In this document: positions 8,345-18,500 of the stretch, in pieces
Numbering within the stretch: the first letter of the stretch is position 1
Layout of the letters: each line of letters opens with the position of its first letter
Assembly: GCA_045562675.1 (NCBI GenBank)
Contig: JBJKVL010000001.1
Span: forward strand, 55,662 to 119,661
DNA length: 64,000 nucleotides
Direction of reading: 5' to 3'
Source: Dehalococcoidia bacterium
GTDB taxonomy: Bacteria > Chloroflexota > Dehalococcoidia > UBA2979
The notes under the pieces: generated by a model
The model's database searches: none
What the model saw: the letters and a program-made list of their open reading frames with translations, nothing else
What the model was told of the DNA's origin: nothing
Made by a program: the position numbers and the translations under genes

Positions 8345-9787
8345 TTAAAACAAAATTTTTGTGGCTCTTTCAGCATATTCATACAATGGTGTCCCATAAA
8401 TACCCAAGAAAATCATTGAAAGAAACAAAACGCCTGAGACAAAATATTCATTAAATGCAATACTAAAATTATTATCTGATTCATCACTTGAATATAAATA
8501 CATCTGTTTTACTATTTGCAAATAATAAAACAGTGAAATAGTACTCATAGTTACAGCAATGACTACGAGCCATAAATAACCATTACTAACTACGGCTTGA
8601 AATAAAATAAATTTTGTGAAGAAACCAGCAAGTAAAGGCATACCTGCTAATGAAAATAAACCTGCAGTTAAAGCTAGGGCTAAAAATGGTTGCTTGTCGG
8701 ATAATCCTTTGAAATCAGAAATCATACTAGTTTCTTTATTATTCGAATAATAAATTGTTATAACAATAAAAATTAGTAAATTAGTAACCACATAACCACT
8801 TAAATGAAAAAGGGCAGCAGAAGTTGTAGCACTAGAAATATTTGGCAAAGCCATTAGAATATAACCTATCTGACCAACTGATGAATACGCTAGCATCCTT
8901 TTTATATTTGACTGCTGTATAGCAATTAAATTACCAACAATCATTGTAAGAACAGACAAAATAATTATTAAAATATTCCAATATTCCATAATGGATAAAA
9001 ATGGACCACTTAATAACCTAAACAAAAAGCCAATTACTATAGCTTTTGATGCAGTAGATAAGAAAGCAGTAATTGGAAGAGGCGCTCCTTCATAAACATC
9101 AGGTGCCCACATATGAAAAGGTACTGCAGATAATTTAAAACCAATACCTGCAAAGAAGAAAATTAAACCAATTAATAATAATTCTGTATTATAAGAGGCA
9201 TCACTTGCAAAATTAAGGCCCATTGTCACATAAAATGTTGAATGAGCAGAACCATAGATCATGCTCAAGCCATAAAGTAAAATTGCAGAACCAACCCCGC
9301 CAATCAAAACATATTTCAAACTTGCTTCACCAGATTTTTTATCATTAACCAAAGAAGAAACAGCAACATATAAAGAGAAGGATAGAAGTTCTAGCCCAAC
9401 ATAAATAGTAATTAATTCAATGCCAGCAACCATTAAAATTCCACCTAAGGTAGCTGAAATTAATAAGAAATAATACTCACCAATATGCGCAATATAATTT
9501 TCGTTATATTTCTTTGTTCCTATTACTAATATTAATAATATTGCTGTCAAAAGAATTCTAAAAAAATGAGTTAAATTATCGATGCTATAAATATTGAAGA
9601 AAATAGCCTGCTCGTTCAAAAGAAAAATCGTTGCAAGAATAGATAAGGCTGAACCAAAAATGGTTAAACCAGCCAAATTACCTTTAGAAACTCCTATCTC
9701 TTCTGAAAAAGCATCTAAAAAAAGAACAAGTAATCCAGTTACGAGCAAAATGATTTCGGGCGATATTAATAAATAATCATTTGTCAT
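8345..9787 (-). CDS. nuoN: NADH-quinone oxidoreductase subunit N
   Basis: GLELLS, EASLKY, FKLSAVPFHMWAPDVYEGAP, KRMLAYSS, SLAGMPLLAGF. Confidence 0.96.
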   Translation of the reverse strand: MTNDYLLISPEIILLVTGLLVLFLDAFSEEIGVSKGNLAGLTIFGSALSILATIFLLNEQAIFFNIYSIDNLTHFFRILLTAILLILVIGTKKYNENYIAHIGEYYFLLISATLGGILMVAGIELITIYVGLELLSFSLYVAVSSLVNDKKSGEASLKYVLIGGVGSAILLYGLSMIYGSAHSTFYVTMGLNFASDASYNTELLLIGLIFFFAGIGFKLSAVPFHMWAPDVYEGAPLPITAFLSTASKAIVIGFLFRLLSGPFLSIMEYWNILIIILSVLTMIVGNLIAIQQSNIKRMLAYSSVGQIGYILMALPNISSATTSAALFHLSGYVVTNLLIFIVITIYYSNNKETSMISDFKGLSDKQPFLALALTAGLFSLAGMPLLAGFFTKFILFQAVVSNGYLWLVVIAVTMSTISLFYYLQIVKQMYLYSSDESDNNFSIAFNEYFVSGVLFLSMIFLGIYGTPLYEYAERATKILF

Positions 9788-11280
9788 TACATTAACACTC
9801 CAGGAATACCAATTTGTATAGAATCAGCAATTCTATTCATCCATGGTGAAGGCCAAAGGCCCATAAACAATATAGAAGAAGCAAGAATAATTGCTCCAGC
9901 TTTTTCTAAAGAATTCATATCATTTAAAGCGTTCCATTTTTCATTAAACTCCCCAAAAAACATTGTAGAGAACATTCTAAGCAAATAAGTTGCGGTTATT
10001 GCAGCAGTTAAAACAGCTAAGCCACCAATAACGGGATATGCTTGGAATGCACCGATGAAAATATGTAATTCCGCCACAAAGCCAGATAAACCAGGTAATC
10101 CCAATGAGGCTAATCCAGCAATAACAAAAAATACAGACCAAATTGGCATTCGGGATGCAAGCCCAGAAAAGTTTGGTATTTCTCTATTATGAGATTGATC
10201 ATACATTGCGCCAATAAGTAAAAAGAATAATGCGGTCATGACTCCGTGAGCAAACATTTGCAATACAGCACCACTAATACCAATTAAAGAAAAGGTTCCT
10301 AGTCCTAAAAAGACATAACCCATATGAGACACAGAAGAAAAACCAGTCATTAATTTCAAGTCTGTTTGCTTAAGTGCAGAAATTGCACCATATAATGCTG
10401 CAATAATTCCTAATGTCATCAATCCTGGGCCCCAATATTCTCCACCTTCTGGCAATGTTTGAAGACCAAGTCTTATAATTCCAAAAGCTCCTAGCTTCAT
10501 CAAAACACCAGCATGAAGCATAGAAACTGCTGTAGGAGCAGAGGCATGACCATCTGGTGACCATGCATGGAAAGGGAACATAGCACCAAGTGTTCCACAA
10601 CCAATTGCTATTAATGGAAAAACAATAATTTGAAAATTACGATCATATTCTACACTTGCAAGAATCTGCATATCAAAAGTGCCAAGCCCTGCTTCAGCAA
10701 ATATCATAAAAATACCTGCAAAGATTAAAATGGAGCCTGCAACTAACATCATCATTAACTTCATAGCACCATATTCTTTTCTAGTAGATCCCCAGACTCC
10801 AATCAATAGATACATTGGCAAGACCGCTGTTTCATATAGTAAAAACCAAAAAAACATATCAAGCATAGCAAATGTTCCAAAAACACCTGCTACAAGAATA
10901 TAAAGAAGAATAAAGAAGTCCTTTGTTTTATGAGTAATTTTCCAAGATACTATTGTACCAGCCAAAATAACGATACCAGTAAGTAAAATCATAGATGCCG
11001 CTATACCATCTATTCCCACTTTCAATTGAATTCCATCTTTAGCAATAAATCCAATATCGCTTATCCAAGAAATTGCATATATGCCTTGATATTGCTCAGA
11101 AGAACTAAAATCATAACTTATAAATATATAAAAAGATATAATGAACATTAACAGACTAGAAACAGCTGTAAGGCCAATGATTATTGCTTTATCTTTTGAA
11201 GGTACAAACATTAAGCCTACAGCAGAAACAAGAGGTAGGCAAAATAATAGAATTAATATGATTCCATCAAATTCACTCAT
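9787..11280 (-). CDS. nuoM: NADH-quinone oxidoreductase subunit M
   Basis: PMYLLIGVWG, FPFHAWSPDGHASAPT, LMKLG, SSVSHMG, LGLPGLSGFVAE. Confidence 0.96.
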   Translation of the reverse strand: MSEFDGIILILLFCLPLVSAVGLMFVPSKDKAIIIGLTAVSSLLMFIISFYIFISYDFSSSEQYQGIYAISWISDIGFIAKDGIQLKVGIDGIAASMILLTGIVILAGTIVSWKITHKTKDFFILLYILVAGVFGTFAMLDMFFWFLLYETAVLPMYLLIGVWGSTRKEYGAMKLMMMLVAGSILIFAGIFMIFAEAGLGTFDMQILASVEYDRNFQIIVFPLIAIGCGTLGAMFPFHAWSPDGHASAPTAVSMLHAGVLMKLGAFGIIRLGLQTLPEGGEYWGPGLMTLGIIAALYGAISALKQTDLKLMTGFSSVSHMGYVFLGLGTFSLIGISGAVLQMFAHGVMTALFFLLIGAMYDQSHNREIPNFSGLASRMPIWSVFFVIAGLASLGLPGLSGFVAELHIFIGAFQAYPVIGGLAVLTAAITATYLLRMFSTMFFGEFNEKWNALNDMNSLEKAGAIILASSILFMGLWPSPWMNRIADSIQIGIPGVLM

Positions 11281-11296
11281 TGTAACTCCAACTCAA

Positions 11297-13207
11297 TTAA
11301 TTATTTGTTAACAACACTAAACAAAACAAAAGAATTCCTAATGCCATCATCATGACATAATTAGGAATCTTGCCTGTTTGTAAAAATTTTAACCTATAAC
11401 CAACATAATTCAAAATTTGAGCACTACCATCAATTCCAGACCTATTAACAACTTTGTCATCAAACCAAGCAATGATGGAAGCAGCTCCTAAAATTAATTT
11501 ATTAATGATATTTTGATATAAATTATCAATATAATAGCCATTCAGTAAAAGGTTTCTAACTTCAGGTGCCCAATCTAAAGCTGCAATCGCACGCTTGCCA
11601 TTATTTTGCATCCAATAAAAATAACCTAAAATTAAACCAAAACAACTTATACTTATAGCAACAAGCATTGTAGAAAGTTCAATATGAAAAGAATGAGGAT
11701 ATTTCAAATAAACAATTTCTGGGAAGCCTCCTTCAAATCCAAATAAGCGTCCTACAAATGAAAAAACAAAAAATCCTGAAGAGATAGCAAAAAAAGCAAG
11801 AATCATTAAGGGAACAGACATAATTCTTGGTGATTCGTGTGCATGTTCATATGCTTCTTGATCTTTCGGTACACCAAAAAAAGTAAGTATAACTAATCTA
11901 GTTGAATAGATAGCAGTTAATAATGCAGCTATCAATAAAAGAATATAAAAAACTGTTCCAAATTCAGATGTATACAAAAGAATTTCATCTTTTGACCAGA
12001 ATCCTGCTAATGGAGGGATACCTGCAAGTGACAAAGCGCCTATTGCAAATGTTAAAAAAGTAATCGGCATTTTATTTTTTAATCCGCCTAACTTACTAAC
12101 TTCTTGTTGATGAGTAGCATGAATTACTGAACCTGAACCAAGAAATAATAATGCCTTAAAAAATGCATGGGTAAATAAATGAAACATTGCTGCTGTCAAA
12201 CTGCCAACACCTAAAGCAACAAACATATACCCTAATTGTGAAACAGTTGAATAAGCTAAGACTTTTTTAATATCCTGAGCAACCAAGCCCATCGTTGCTG
12301 CTAATAAAGCAGTAATTAATCCGATAATTAAAATTAAATTCTGTGCAATTGGTAGCATTTCATATATAGGTAGCATTCTTGCAACTAAATAAACACCTGC
12401 AACAACCATTGTTGCGGCATGAATAAGTGCTGATACAGGAGTAGGACCTTCCATCGCATCTGGCAACCATACATGTAATGGAAACTGTGCAGATTTTCCA
12501 ACTGCACCTAAGAAAAGAAATATCATAGCAACGGTCAAATAAGTCGTGCTAAATGCTGCATCTTTTGCCAAATAAATTATCTCTTGAATATCAAAAGTAC
12601 CAGAAACTCTCCATAGCATTAAGATCCCAATTAATAATCCTACATCCCCAATTCTTGTTGTAATAAATGCTTTTTTAGCAGCCTCAGCAGCTGATTGTCT
12701 CTCCCAATAAAATCCAATCAAAAGATACGAGCCTAGGCCTACACCTTCCCAAGCTAGATACAGTTGTAAAAGGTTACCCGTAGTAACTAAGGTAAACATT
12801 GCTGCTAAAAAGAATGCCAATAAAGAAAAGTACCAATTATATCTTGGTTCTCCGTGCATATAACCTATAGAATATAAAATCACCATTAATCCTACTAAAG
12901 AAACAACAAATAACATTACAATAGTTATTGCATCAACAAAAGTAGAATATTCAATAAGCAAATAATTTGGTATATTTATCCATTCAAAACTATATTTATT
13001 ATTATTTCCAGGTTCAAAGCCAGAATTCTGGAAATAACTCTGAAAATCAATAATAAACATAATACTAATTGCAAAGCATGCAAAGCCAGCTAAAGCAACT
13101 ATCCAATCACCCTGTCTAGGAATTCGTTTTCCAAAAAGAGAAACAACAACAAATACAAATAAAGGAATAGCAGTTAAAAGCCAAGCGTGTTGCATATCAA
13201 TAGGCAT
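11297..13207 (-). CDS. nuoL: NADH-quinone oxidoreductase subunit L
   Basis: WEGVGLGSYLLIGF, GKSAQFPLHVWLPDAMEGPTPVSALIHAATMV, HAFFKALLFL, GFWSKDEI. Confidence 0.97.
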   Translation of the reverse strand: MPIDMQHAWLLTAIPLFVFVVVSLFGKRIPRQGDWIVALAGFACFAISIMFIIDFQSYFQNSGFEPGNNNKYSFEWINIPNYLLIEYSTFVDAITIVMLFVVSLVGLMVILYSIGYMHGEPRYNWYFSLLAFFLAAMFTLVTTGNLLQLYLAWEGVGLGSYLLIGFYWERQSAAEAAKKAFITTRIGDVGLLIGILMLWRVSGTFDIQEIIYLAKDAAFSTTYLTVAMIFLFLGAVGKSAQFPLHVWLPDAMEGPTPVSALIHAATMVVAGVYLVARMLPIYEMLPIAQNLILIIGLITALLAATMGLVAQDIKKVLAYSTVSQLGYMFVALGVGSLTAAMFHLFTHAFFKALLFLGSGSVIHATHQQEVSKLGGLKNKMPITFLTFAIGALSLAGIPPLAGFWSKDEILLYTSEFGTVFYILLLIAALLTAIYSTRLVILTFFGVPKDQEAYEHAHESPRIMSVPLMILAFFAISSGFFVFSFVGRLFGFEGGFPEIVYLKYPHSFHIELSTMLVAISISCFGLILGYFYWMQNNGKRAIAALDWAPEVRNLLLNGYYIDNLYQNIINKLILGAASIIAWFDDKVVNRSGIDGSAQILNYVGYRLKFLQTGKIPNYVMMMALGILLFCLVLLTNN

Positions 13208-13233
13208 TAAAAACCTTTCTATAATTTATATAA

Positions 13234-13542
13234 TCACCATTTTAAATCATTAGCTTCATCTATATTTGAAGTGTCACGATCACGAAATAAACGAATAATA
13301 ATGCCAAGTGCAAGACCTACTTCGGCAGCTGCTATAGCAATAATAAATAATGTAAAAATATGACCAGATAGCTGTCCAGTATCAAAAAATGATGCAAATG
13401 TAACAAAATTAATTCCAACAGCTGCAAGCATTAATTCTACAGAAATAAGAATTAAAATAGCATTTCTTCTAGATAGAACACCATAAAAACCAATAACAAA
13501 AAGAATTGCAGATAAAATCAAATAATTTTCAATTGGAATCAT
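13234..13542 (-). CDS. nuoK: NADH-quinone oxidoreductase subunit K
   Basis: RRNAILILISVELML, AAAEVGLAL. Confidence 0.96.
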   Translation of the reverse strand: MIPIENYLILSAILFVIGFYGVLSRRNAILILISVELMLAAVGINFVTFASFFDTGQLSGHIFTLFIIAIAAAEVGLALGIIIRLFRDRDTSNIDEANDLKW

Positions 13543-13552
13543 TTATAAGCCC

Positions 13553-14185
13553 CTATTTAATATGTGCGTTATCATGCTTTTTACCATTCAATAAAGCACC
13601 AGTTAATGCAATATCTAATAATAATCCAACAATTAGAAATGGAATCAAAAACTCAGTAAAAAGAATTTTTGCCATGTCTTTAAGAGAAAAAATAGACACA
13701 TTATCATAAGTTAAATTTGCAGCAAAAATACTAGAAATTAAAATAATTCCAAGAATTGCTGCTATTAAAATACTAAAAGGTTTTTGAGAACCGTCAGTAA
13801 CAATAGGGCGATCTTGAACATTGGTCATCATCAAGCCAAAAAGTAACAAAATAACAACACCGCCACCATAGATTAATAGTTGAGACAATGCTAAAAATTC
13901 CGAACCAAGAAATAAATAAATAGCAACAATTCCCAATAAAGGTGCTAAAAGAGCAAAAACAGCATGTACTAAATTATTTAAAAGTACACTGCCTAATGCA
14001 CCAATGATCATTCCTATGCTAATCATCCAGAAAAAAACTTCCTTGTAGGAAATCAATCCTAGCAATTTTAAAAATAATAATATGATTAGAGCAAATATAG
14101 TTAATGAAGCTGTAATAATACCACCAGTAACAATAAGGCGATCAAATTGATAAGGCATTGGCAACTTGGAAAATAATGTCTTCAT
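13553..14185 (-). CDS. nuoJ: NADH-quinone oxidoreductase subunit J (N-terminally extended)
   Basis: NLVHAVFAL, EFLALSQLLIYGGGVVILLLF; position between nuoI and nuoK. Confidence 0.9.
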   Translation of the reverse strand: MKTLFSKLPMPYQFDRLIVTGGIITASLTIFALIILLFLKLLGLISYKEVFFWMISIGMIIGALGSVLLNNLVHAVFALLAPLLGIVAIYLFLGSEFLALSQLLIYGGGVVILLLFGLMMTNVQDRPIVTDGSQKPFSILIAAILGIILISSIFAANLTYDNVSIFSLKDMAKILFTEFLIPFLIVGLLLDIALTGALLNGKKHDNAHIK

Positions 14186-14215
14186 TAAATAACTTTCTTT
14201 TTAAACATCAAATTG

Positions 14216-14683
14216 TCAAACAACCCACTCATCTATATTGCCAGAACGATGTTGAGCTAATAACTGAGGAAGGTCCATAATTAAATCTTTCCTATCATAC
14301 ACTGATGTTTCATGACCAGACCAAGTATTATTCATTGCAATAGCTTCAAAGTTACAAGCTTCAACACATATATTGCATCTCATACATCTCGCATAATCTA
14401 TCCAAAATTTGTCAATAATCTTCTTACGTTTGGAAGTTCCTTCATTATTTATGTGATTAGGATTATCTTTCATTAAAACAGTCATACATTCAACTGGACA
14501 TGCACGTTCACATGCATGACAGCCAGTACAATATGGCTCAGTGTGTGTTTCGTCCCATAATAAAATAGGGAAAGCACGATCTGACTCTGGTAAAGCTTTA
14601 TGGACGTCAGGGTAAGGTCGAGTAACAGGCTTTCTGAAAAAAGCTGACATAGTGACTTTCATCGACATAAGAATACCTTTCAT
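14216..14683 (-). CDS. nuoI: NADH-quinone oxidoreductase subunit I
   Basis: Two 4Fe-4S motifs CTGCHACERACP and CMRCNICVEAC. Confidence 0.95.
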   Translation of the reverse strand: MKGILMSMKVTMSAFFRKPVTRPYPDVHKALPESDRAFPILLWDETHTEPYCTGCHACERACPVECMTVLMKDNPNHINNEGTSKRKKIIDKFWIDYARCMRCNICVEACNFEAIAMNNTWSGHETSVYDRKDLIMDLPQLLAQHRSGNIDEWVV

Positions 14684-15786
14684 GCAACCTCCATATTTTC
14701 TTTATTAACTCTATGACTATCCAAATTAGTAATATTTTTATTCACAATAAATACTAATGCAATCATTAAAGACACACTTGAAAGAGTAAGTAAAAATTTA
14801 GGTAATTCATATACCAAAATAAATCCATTAGCAAAAATTTGCAATAAAGCCAACGGAATCAATACTTTCCAACAGAAATTCATTAATTGATCAATTCGTA
14901 ATCTTGGAACACTAACTCTAACCCAAAAAATTAAAAAGATTACTAAGCTAGTTTTTGTAATAGTTAAAAATATTTGCCAAAAAGTACCTAAATCTTCACC
15001 AAAAGGCCAAGACCAGCCACCTAAAAAGAGTGCTACTGTCAAAATAGACATAATTAATAATGCAGTATATTCTGCAAGGAAAAACATTGACCATCTTATA
15101 CCAGAATATTCAACAAAAGGACCACCTACTACTTCAGATTCACCGACAGGAATATCAAATGGCGACCTATTCATTTCTGCTAATGCAGCTGTAAAAAATA
15201 AGAAAAAAGCAAAAGGCTGAAAAACAATATTTGGAATAATATTTTGCTGAGCAATAATCTCATTTAAATTTAATGACTGAGCAAGCATCGCAATACATAA
15301 AACAGCTAAAACTAAAGGAAGTTCATATGAAATACCTTGTGCAGTCGCTCTCAAAGCACCAATTAAAGCATATCTATTATCTGATCCCCATCCAGCCATA
15401 ACCCATCCAACAATACTTACAGATGAAACAGCAATAATATATAAAAGCCCTAGAGTAAGCATTTCTACATTGAGTAATAATGTAAATGGTACTGTTACAA
15501 ACATCATAAATGCAGGAATAAATACAAAATATGGTGCTAATTCAAATGACCATGCATCAGCACTCTTTGGTCGTATATCTTCTTTACCAACTAATTTTAA
15601 TGCATCAGCAACAGATTGCAAAATCCCTGCTGGACCAGTTCTAGTAGGACCCAATCTCATATGAAATCGAGCAGCAATTTTTCTTTCTAAATAGATCAAT
15701 CCCATTGCTGAAACAGTCATAAGACCAACTATTGAAAGAATTTTTATAAGGCTATCAATAAATGGATTGATTATTAATATCATCAT
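14680..15786 (-). CDS. nuoH: NADH-quinone oxidoreductase subunit H
   Basis: ERKIAARFHMRLGP, QSVADALKL, ISYELP, AEMNRSPFD, EYSG, PRLRIDQLM. Confidence 0.96.
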   Translation of the reverse strand: MMILIINPFIDSLIKILSIVGLMTVSAMGLIYLERKIAARFHMRLGPTRTGPAGILQSVADALKLVGKEDIRPKSADAWSFELAPYFVFIPAFMMFVTVPFTLLLNVEMLTLGLLYIIAVSSVSIVGWVMAGWGSDNRYALIGALRATAQGISYELPLVLAVLCIAMLAQSLNLNEIIAQQNIIPNIVFQPFAFFLFFTAALAEMNRSPFDIPVGESEVVGGPFVEYSGIRWSMFFLAEYTALLIMSILTVALFLGGWSWPFGEDLGTFWQIFLTITKTSLVIFLIFWVRVSVPRLRIDQLMNFCWKVLIPLALLQIFANGFILVYELPKFLLTLSSVSLMIALVFIVNKNITNLDSHRVNKENMEVA

Positions 15787-16907
15787 CTATCTATTTCTCC
15801 TAAAACAATATCTATTGAACCAAGTATAACAACAGCATCAGGAATATATGAACCAACAACCATATCTCTTAGAGCTTGTAAATTAGAAAATCCTGCACTA
15901 CGAATTTTTAATCTATAAGGTCTATTATCACCATCAGAAATTAAATATATACCATATTCACCTCTTGGAGCTTCAGTTCGTATGTACACTTCACCAGGAG
16001 GAGTACGTAGATTCCTAGATGCACCATCAGCAAGAATGCTGCCTTGCACTAATTTTTTCAAACATTGTCTAACTATAGAAATAGATTGTTTCATTTCCTG
16101 TAAACGTACATAATATCTATCAAAAACATCACCGTTATTCGCTGTAATAACATCAAAATCAATTTGATCATAATATAAATATGGCTCAGCTTTTCTTATA
16201 TCATAATTAACACCAGAGGCACGTAATGATGGGCCTGACATACCCCAGCCAATGGCATCTTCGGCATTAATAATACCGACTTGCTTAGTACGTGCTAAAA
16301 ATATTTCATTATTTGTCAGTAATCCATCCATATCTTTTATGCCTTGTTCAGAGGAATGCAAAACTTCTTCTATCCTTTGTTCAAAATTATTTGGAACATC
16401 CCATGCCAATCCTCCAGGTCTAAAAAAAGCATACATCATACGATCGCCACTAATTTCTTCAAAAAAATCAATTAATCGTTCTCTTTCTCTAAAAGAATAT
16501 AAAAATGGAGTACCAAATACGCCAGTGTCGACACCAAAGGCTCCTACAAACATAAAATGGCTAGATAATCGGTTTAATTCTACAAGAATCATTCTGATCC
16601 AATTTGCTCTTTCTGGGACTTCAATATTAAGTAATTTTTCTACAGCCATTACATATGAAAGCTCTGCATTGAAATTAGCCAGATATTCAGTGCGATCCAT
16701 AAAACCAATACCCTGCCTATAATCCATAGTTTCACAAAGTTTTTCTGCACCTCTATGTAAATAGCCTATATATGGTGTGACATCGGTGATCATTTCACCA
16801 TCTACAGACAAAACCATTCTAAAGACGCCGTGTGTAGAAGGATGCTGCGGTCCCATATTGACCAAAATTTCTTGTGTTTTAATTTCTTGATTGGAAATTT
16901 TATCCAT
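15783..16907 (-). CDS. nuoD: NADH-quinone oxidoreductase subunit D
   Basis: NMGPQHPSTHGVFR, GYLHRGAEK, EAPRGE, DIVLGEIDR. Confidence 0.97.
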   Translation of the reverse strand: MDKISNQEIKTQEILVNMGPQHPSTHGVFRMVLSVDGEMITDVTPYIGYLHRGAEKLCETMDYRQGIGFMDRTEYLANFNAELSYVMAVEKLLNIEVPERANWIRMILVELNRLSSHFMFVGAFGVDTGVFGTPFLYSFRERERLIDFFEEISGDRMMYAFFRPGGLAWDVPNNFEQRIEEVLHSSEQGIKDMDGLLTNNEIFLARTKQVGIINAEDAIGWGMSGPSLRASGVNYDIRKAEPYLYYDQIDFDVITANNGDVFDRYYVRLQEMKQSISIVRQCLKKLVQGSILADGASRNLRTPPGEVYIRTEAPRGEYGIYLISDGDNRPYRLKIRSAGFSNLQALRDMVVGSYIPDAVVILGSIDIVLGEIDR

Positions 16908-16916
16908 TATAATTCC

Positions 16917-17471
16917 TTAAATATCACCTGAAGGCTCAATATCTTCACCCTGTAAAACTTCTATTTCGGCCAAAGGATGCGATTTACGCAACGGAAATAC
17001 ATCTGTCATATCTTCAGGTAGCAAAAGGTTTCTTGGATCTGGGTGATTATTAAAAATTACACCAAACATTTCTGATGTCTCACGTTCATACCAATTTGCG
17101 CCCTTCCAGACATTTGTTACGGAATCTATACATAAATCATCGTTACTAAGCTTAGATTTAACCGTTAAATTAAATAGATTATCTATTGAGTAAACTTGAT
17201 AAACAATTTCAATACCATCAGTGGCATAATCAATACCAGTTAAGCATCTTAAATAATTAAAACTTAGATTAGAATTATTTCTTAATTGCATTAAAAAATT
17301 ATTTATCTTTTCTTTGTCTACTCTCACAATTAAATCAACTGGACTCAATTGGCCTTCTTGTTCAACTCTCAAAAAATTAACGTCTTGGATATTTTCTATA
17401 AGTAAAGAATGCAGTGTATCAAAACTCTTTAAAGTTTCCTTATCAATTAAATTATTGTCTTCTTCAGTCAT
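16917..17471 (-). CDS. nuoC: NADH-quinone oxidoreductase subunit C
   Basis: ANWYERETSEMFGVIFNNHPDPRNLLLP, FPLRK. Confidence 0.95.
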   Translation of the reverse strand: MTEEDNNLIDKETLKSFDTLHSLLIENIQDVNFLRVEQEGQLSPVDLIVRVDKEKINNFLMQLRNNSNLSFNYLRCLTGIDYATDGIEIVYQVYSIDNLFNLTVKSKLSNDDLCIDSVTNVWKGANWYERETSEMFGVIFNNHPDPRNLLLPEDMTDVFPLRKSHPLAEIEVLQGEDIEPSGDI

Positions 17472-18073
17472 TATTTACCAGCAGCCTTTCGATCTTCCAT
17501 AATTTGCTCTTGTAAAACAAGAAATGAATCTAATAAAGCCTCTGGACGAGGAGGGCAACCAGGAACATATACATCGACAGGTACAACTTTATCAACTCCC
17601 TGTAAAACACGATCATATCTTGTATATGGGCCTCCATTAGTAGCACAAGCACCCATTGAAATCACCCATTTAGGGTTAGGCATTTGTTCATACAATCTTC
17701 TTACAGCAGGAGCCATTTTCTTAGTTACTGTACCAGCAACAATCATTACATCTGATTGCCTAGGAGAAGGCCAAGGAACAGAACCAAAACGATCTAAGTC
17801 ATAATGCGCCATATAACTTGCTATCATTTCAATCGCACAACAAGCAAGTCCAAATGTCATTGGCCAAAGTGATGATTTTCTGCTCATTGCAAGAATGAGA
17901 TCAGCAGGTACTTGTAAAATACCCGGTAAAACAGATTTATAGAGGGCTTTACCTGGTTTATATTCTGCTAATGTAAGTTCTTTTTCTTCATTTGGATGCT
18001 CTATTGGGATTACTGGAACACTTAAATCATTTTCATTATCAACACTTTGATTTTCATTATTATCTATCTCCAT
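17471..18073 (-). CDS. nuoB: NADH-quinone oxidoreductase subunit B
   Basis: [33 protein letters not shown]; start moved to ATG 18073 (AAAGGAG upstream) from ORF-track 18094. Confidence 0.96.
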   Translation of the reverse strand: MEIDNNENQSVDNENDLSVPVIPIEHPNEEKELTLAEYKPGKALYKSVLPGILQVPADLILAMSRKSSLWPMTFGLACCAIEMIASYMAHYDLDRFGSVPWPSPRQSDVMIVAGTVTKKMAPAVRRLYEQMPNPKWVISMGACATNGGPYTRYDRVLQGVDKVVPVDVYVPGCPPRPEALLDSFLVLQEQIMEDRKAAGK

Positions 18074-18450
18074 GAAAGTGCTCCTTTCTTCCAAGCATAT
18101 GCAAGACCAACTAACAAAATTAAAATAAAAATAGACATATATATAAATGACTCAGGACCAATTTCAATAAAACTAACCGCCCAAGGAAAAATAAATAAAG
18201 CTTCTACATCAAAAATGACAAATAAAATAGCATAAAAATAAAATCGAATACCAATATTAGTATTGCTACTTCTTATAGGAATCATTCCACATTCATATGT
18301 ATCAGATTTTTGTTTTTCTGTAGAAAATGGAGCAAGAAGGCGGGAGCCTATTAAAGCACTAAAAACTAAAAAAAATGCTACAACAGCAGCAATGAGAACA
18401 GGGAGATAATCAATGAGGAGATTTTCAACAGAGTTCAAATTAAGCTCCAA
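18064..18450 (-). CDS. nuoA: NADH-quinone oxidoreductase subunit A
   Basis: [30 protein letters not shown]. Confidence 0.96.
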   Translation of the reverse strand: MELNLNSVENLLIDYLPVLIAAVVAFFLVFSALIGSRLLAPFSTEKQKSDTYECGMIPIRSSNTNIGIRFYFYAILFVIFDVEALFIFPWAVSFIEIGPESFIYMSIFILILLVGLAYAWKKGALSWR

Positions 18451-18500
18451 ACTATTGCATATTATATAACATCATCTAGTAAATATAATCATCAATTTTT

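Noticed and set aside
9787-13207. Possible '2M' complex I with duplicated nuoM, as known in some Chloroflexota
   Set aside because: Only one nuoM lies between nuoL and nuoN.
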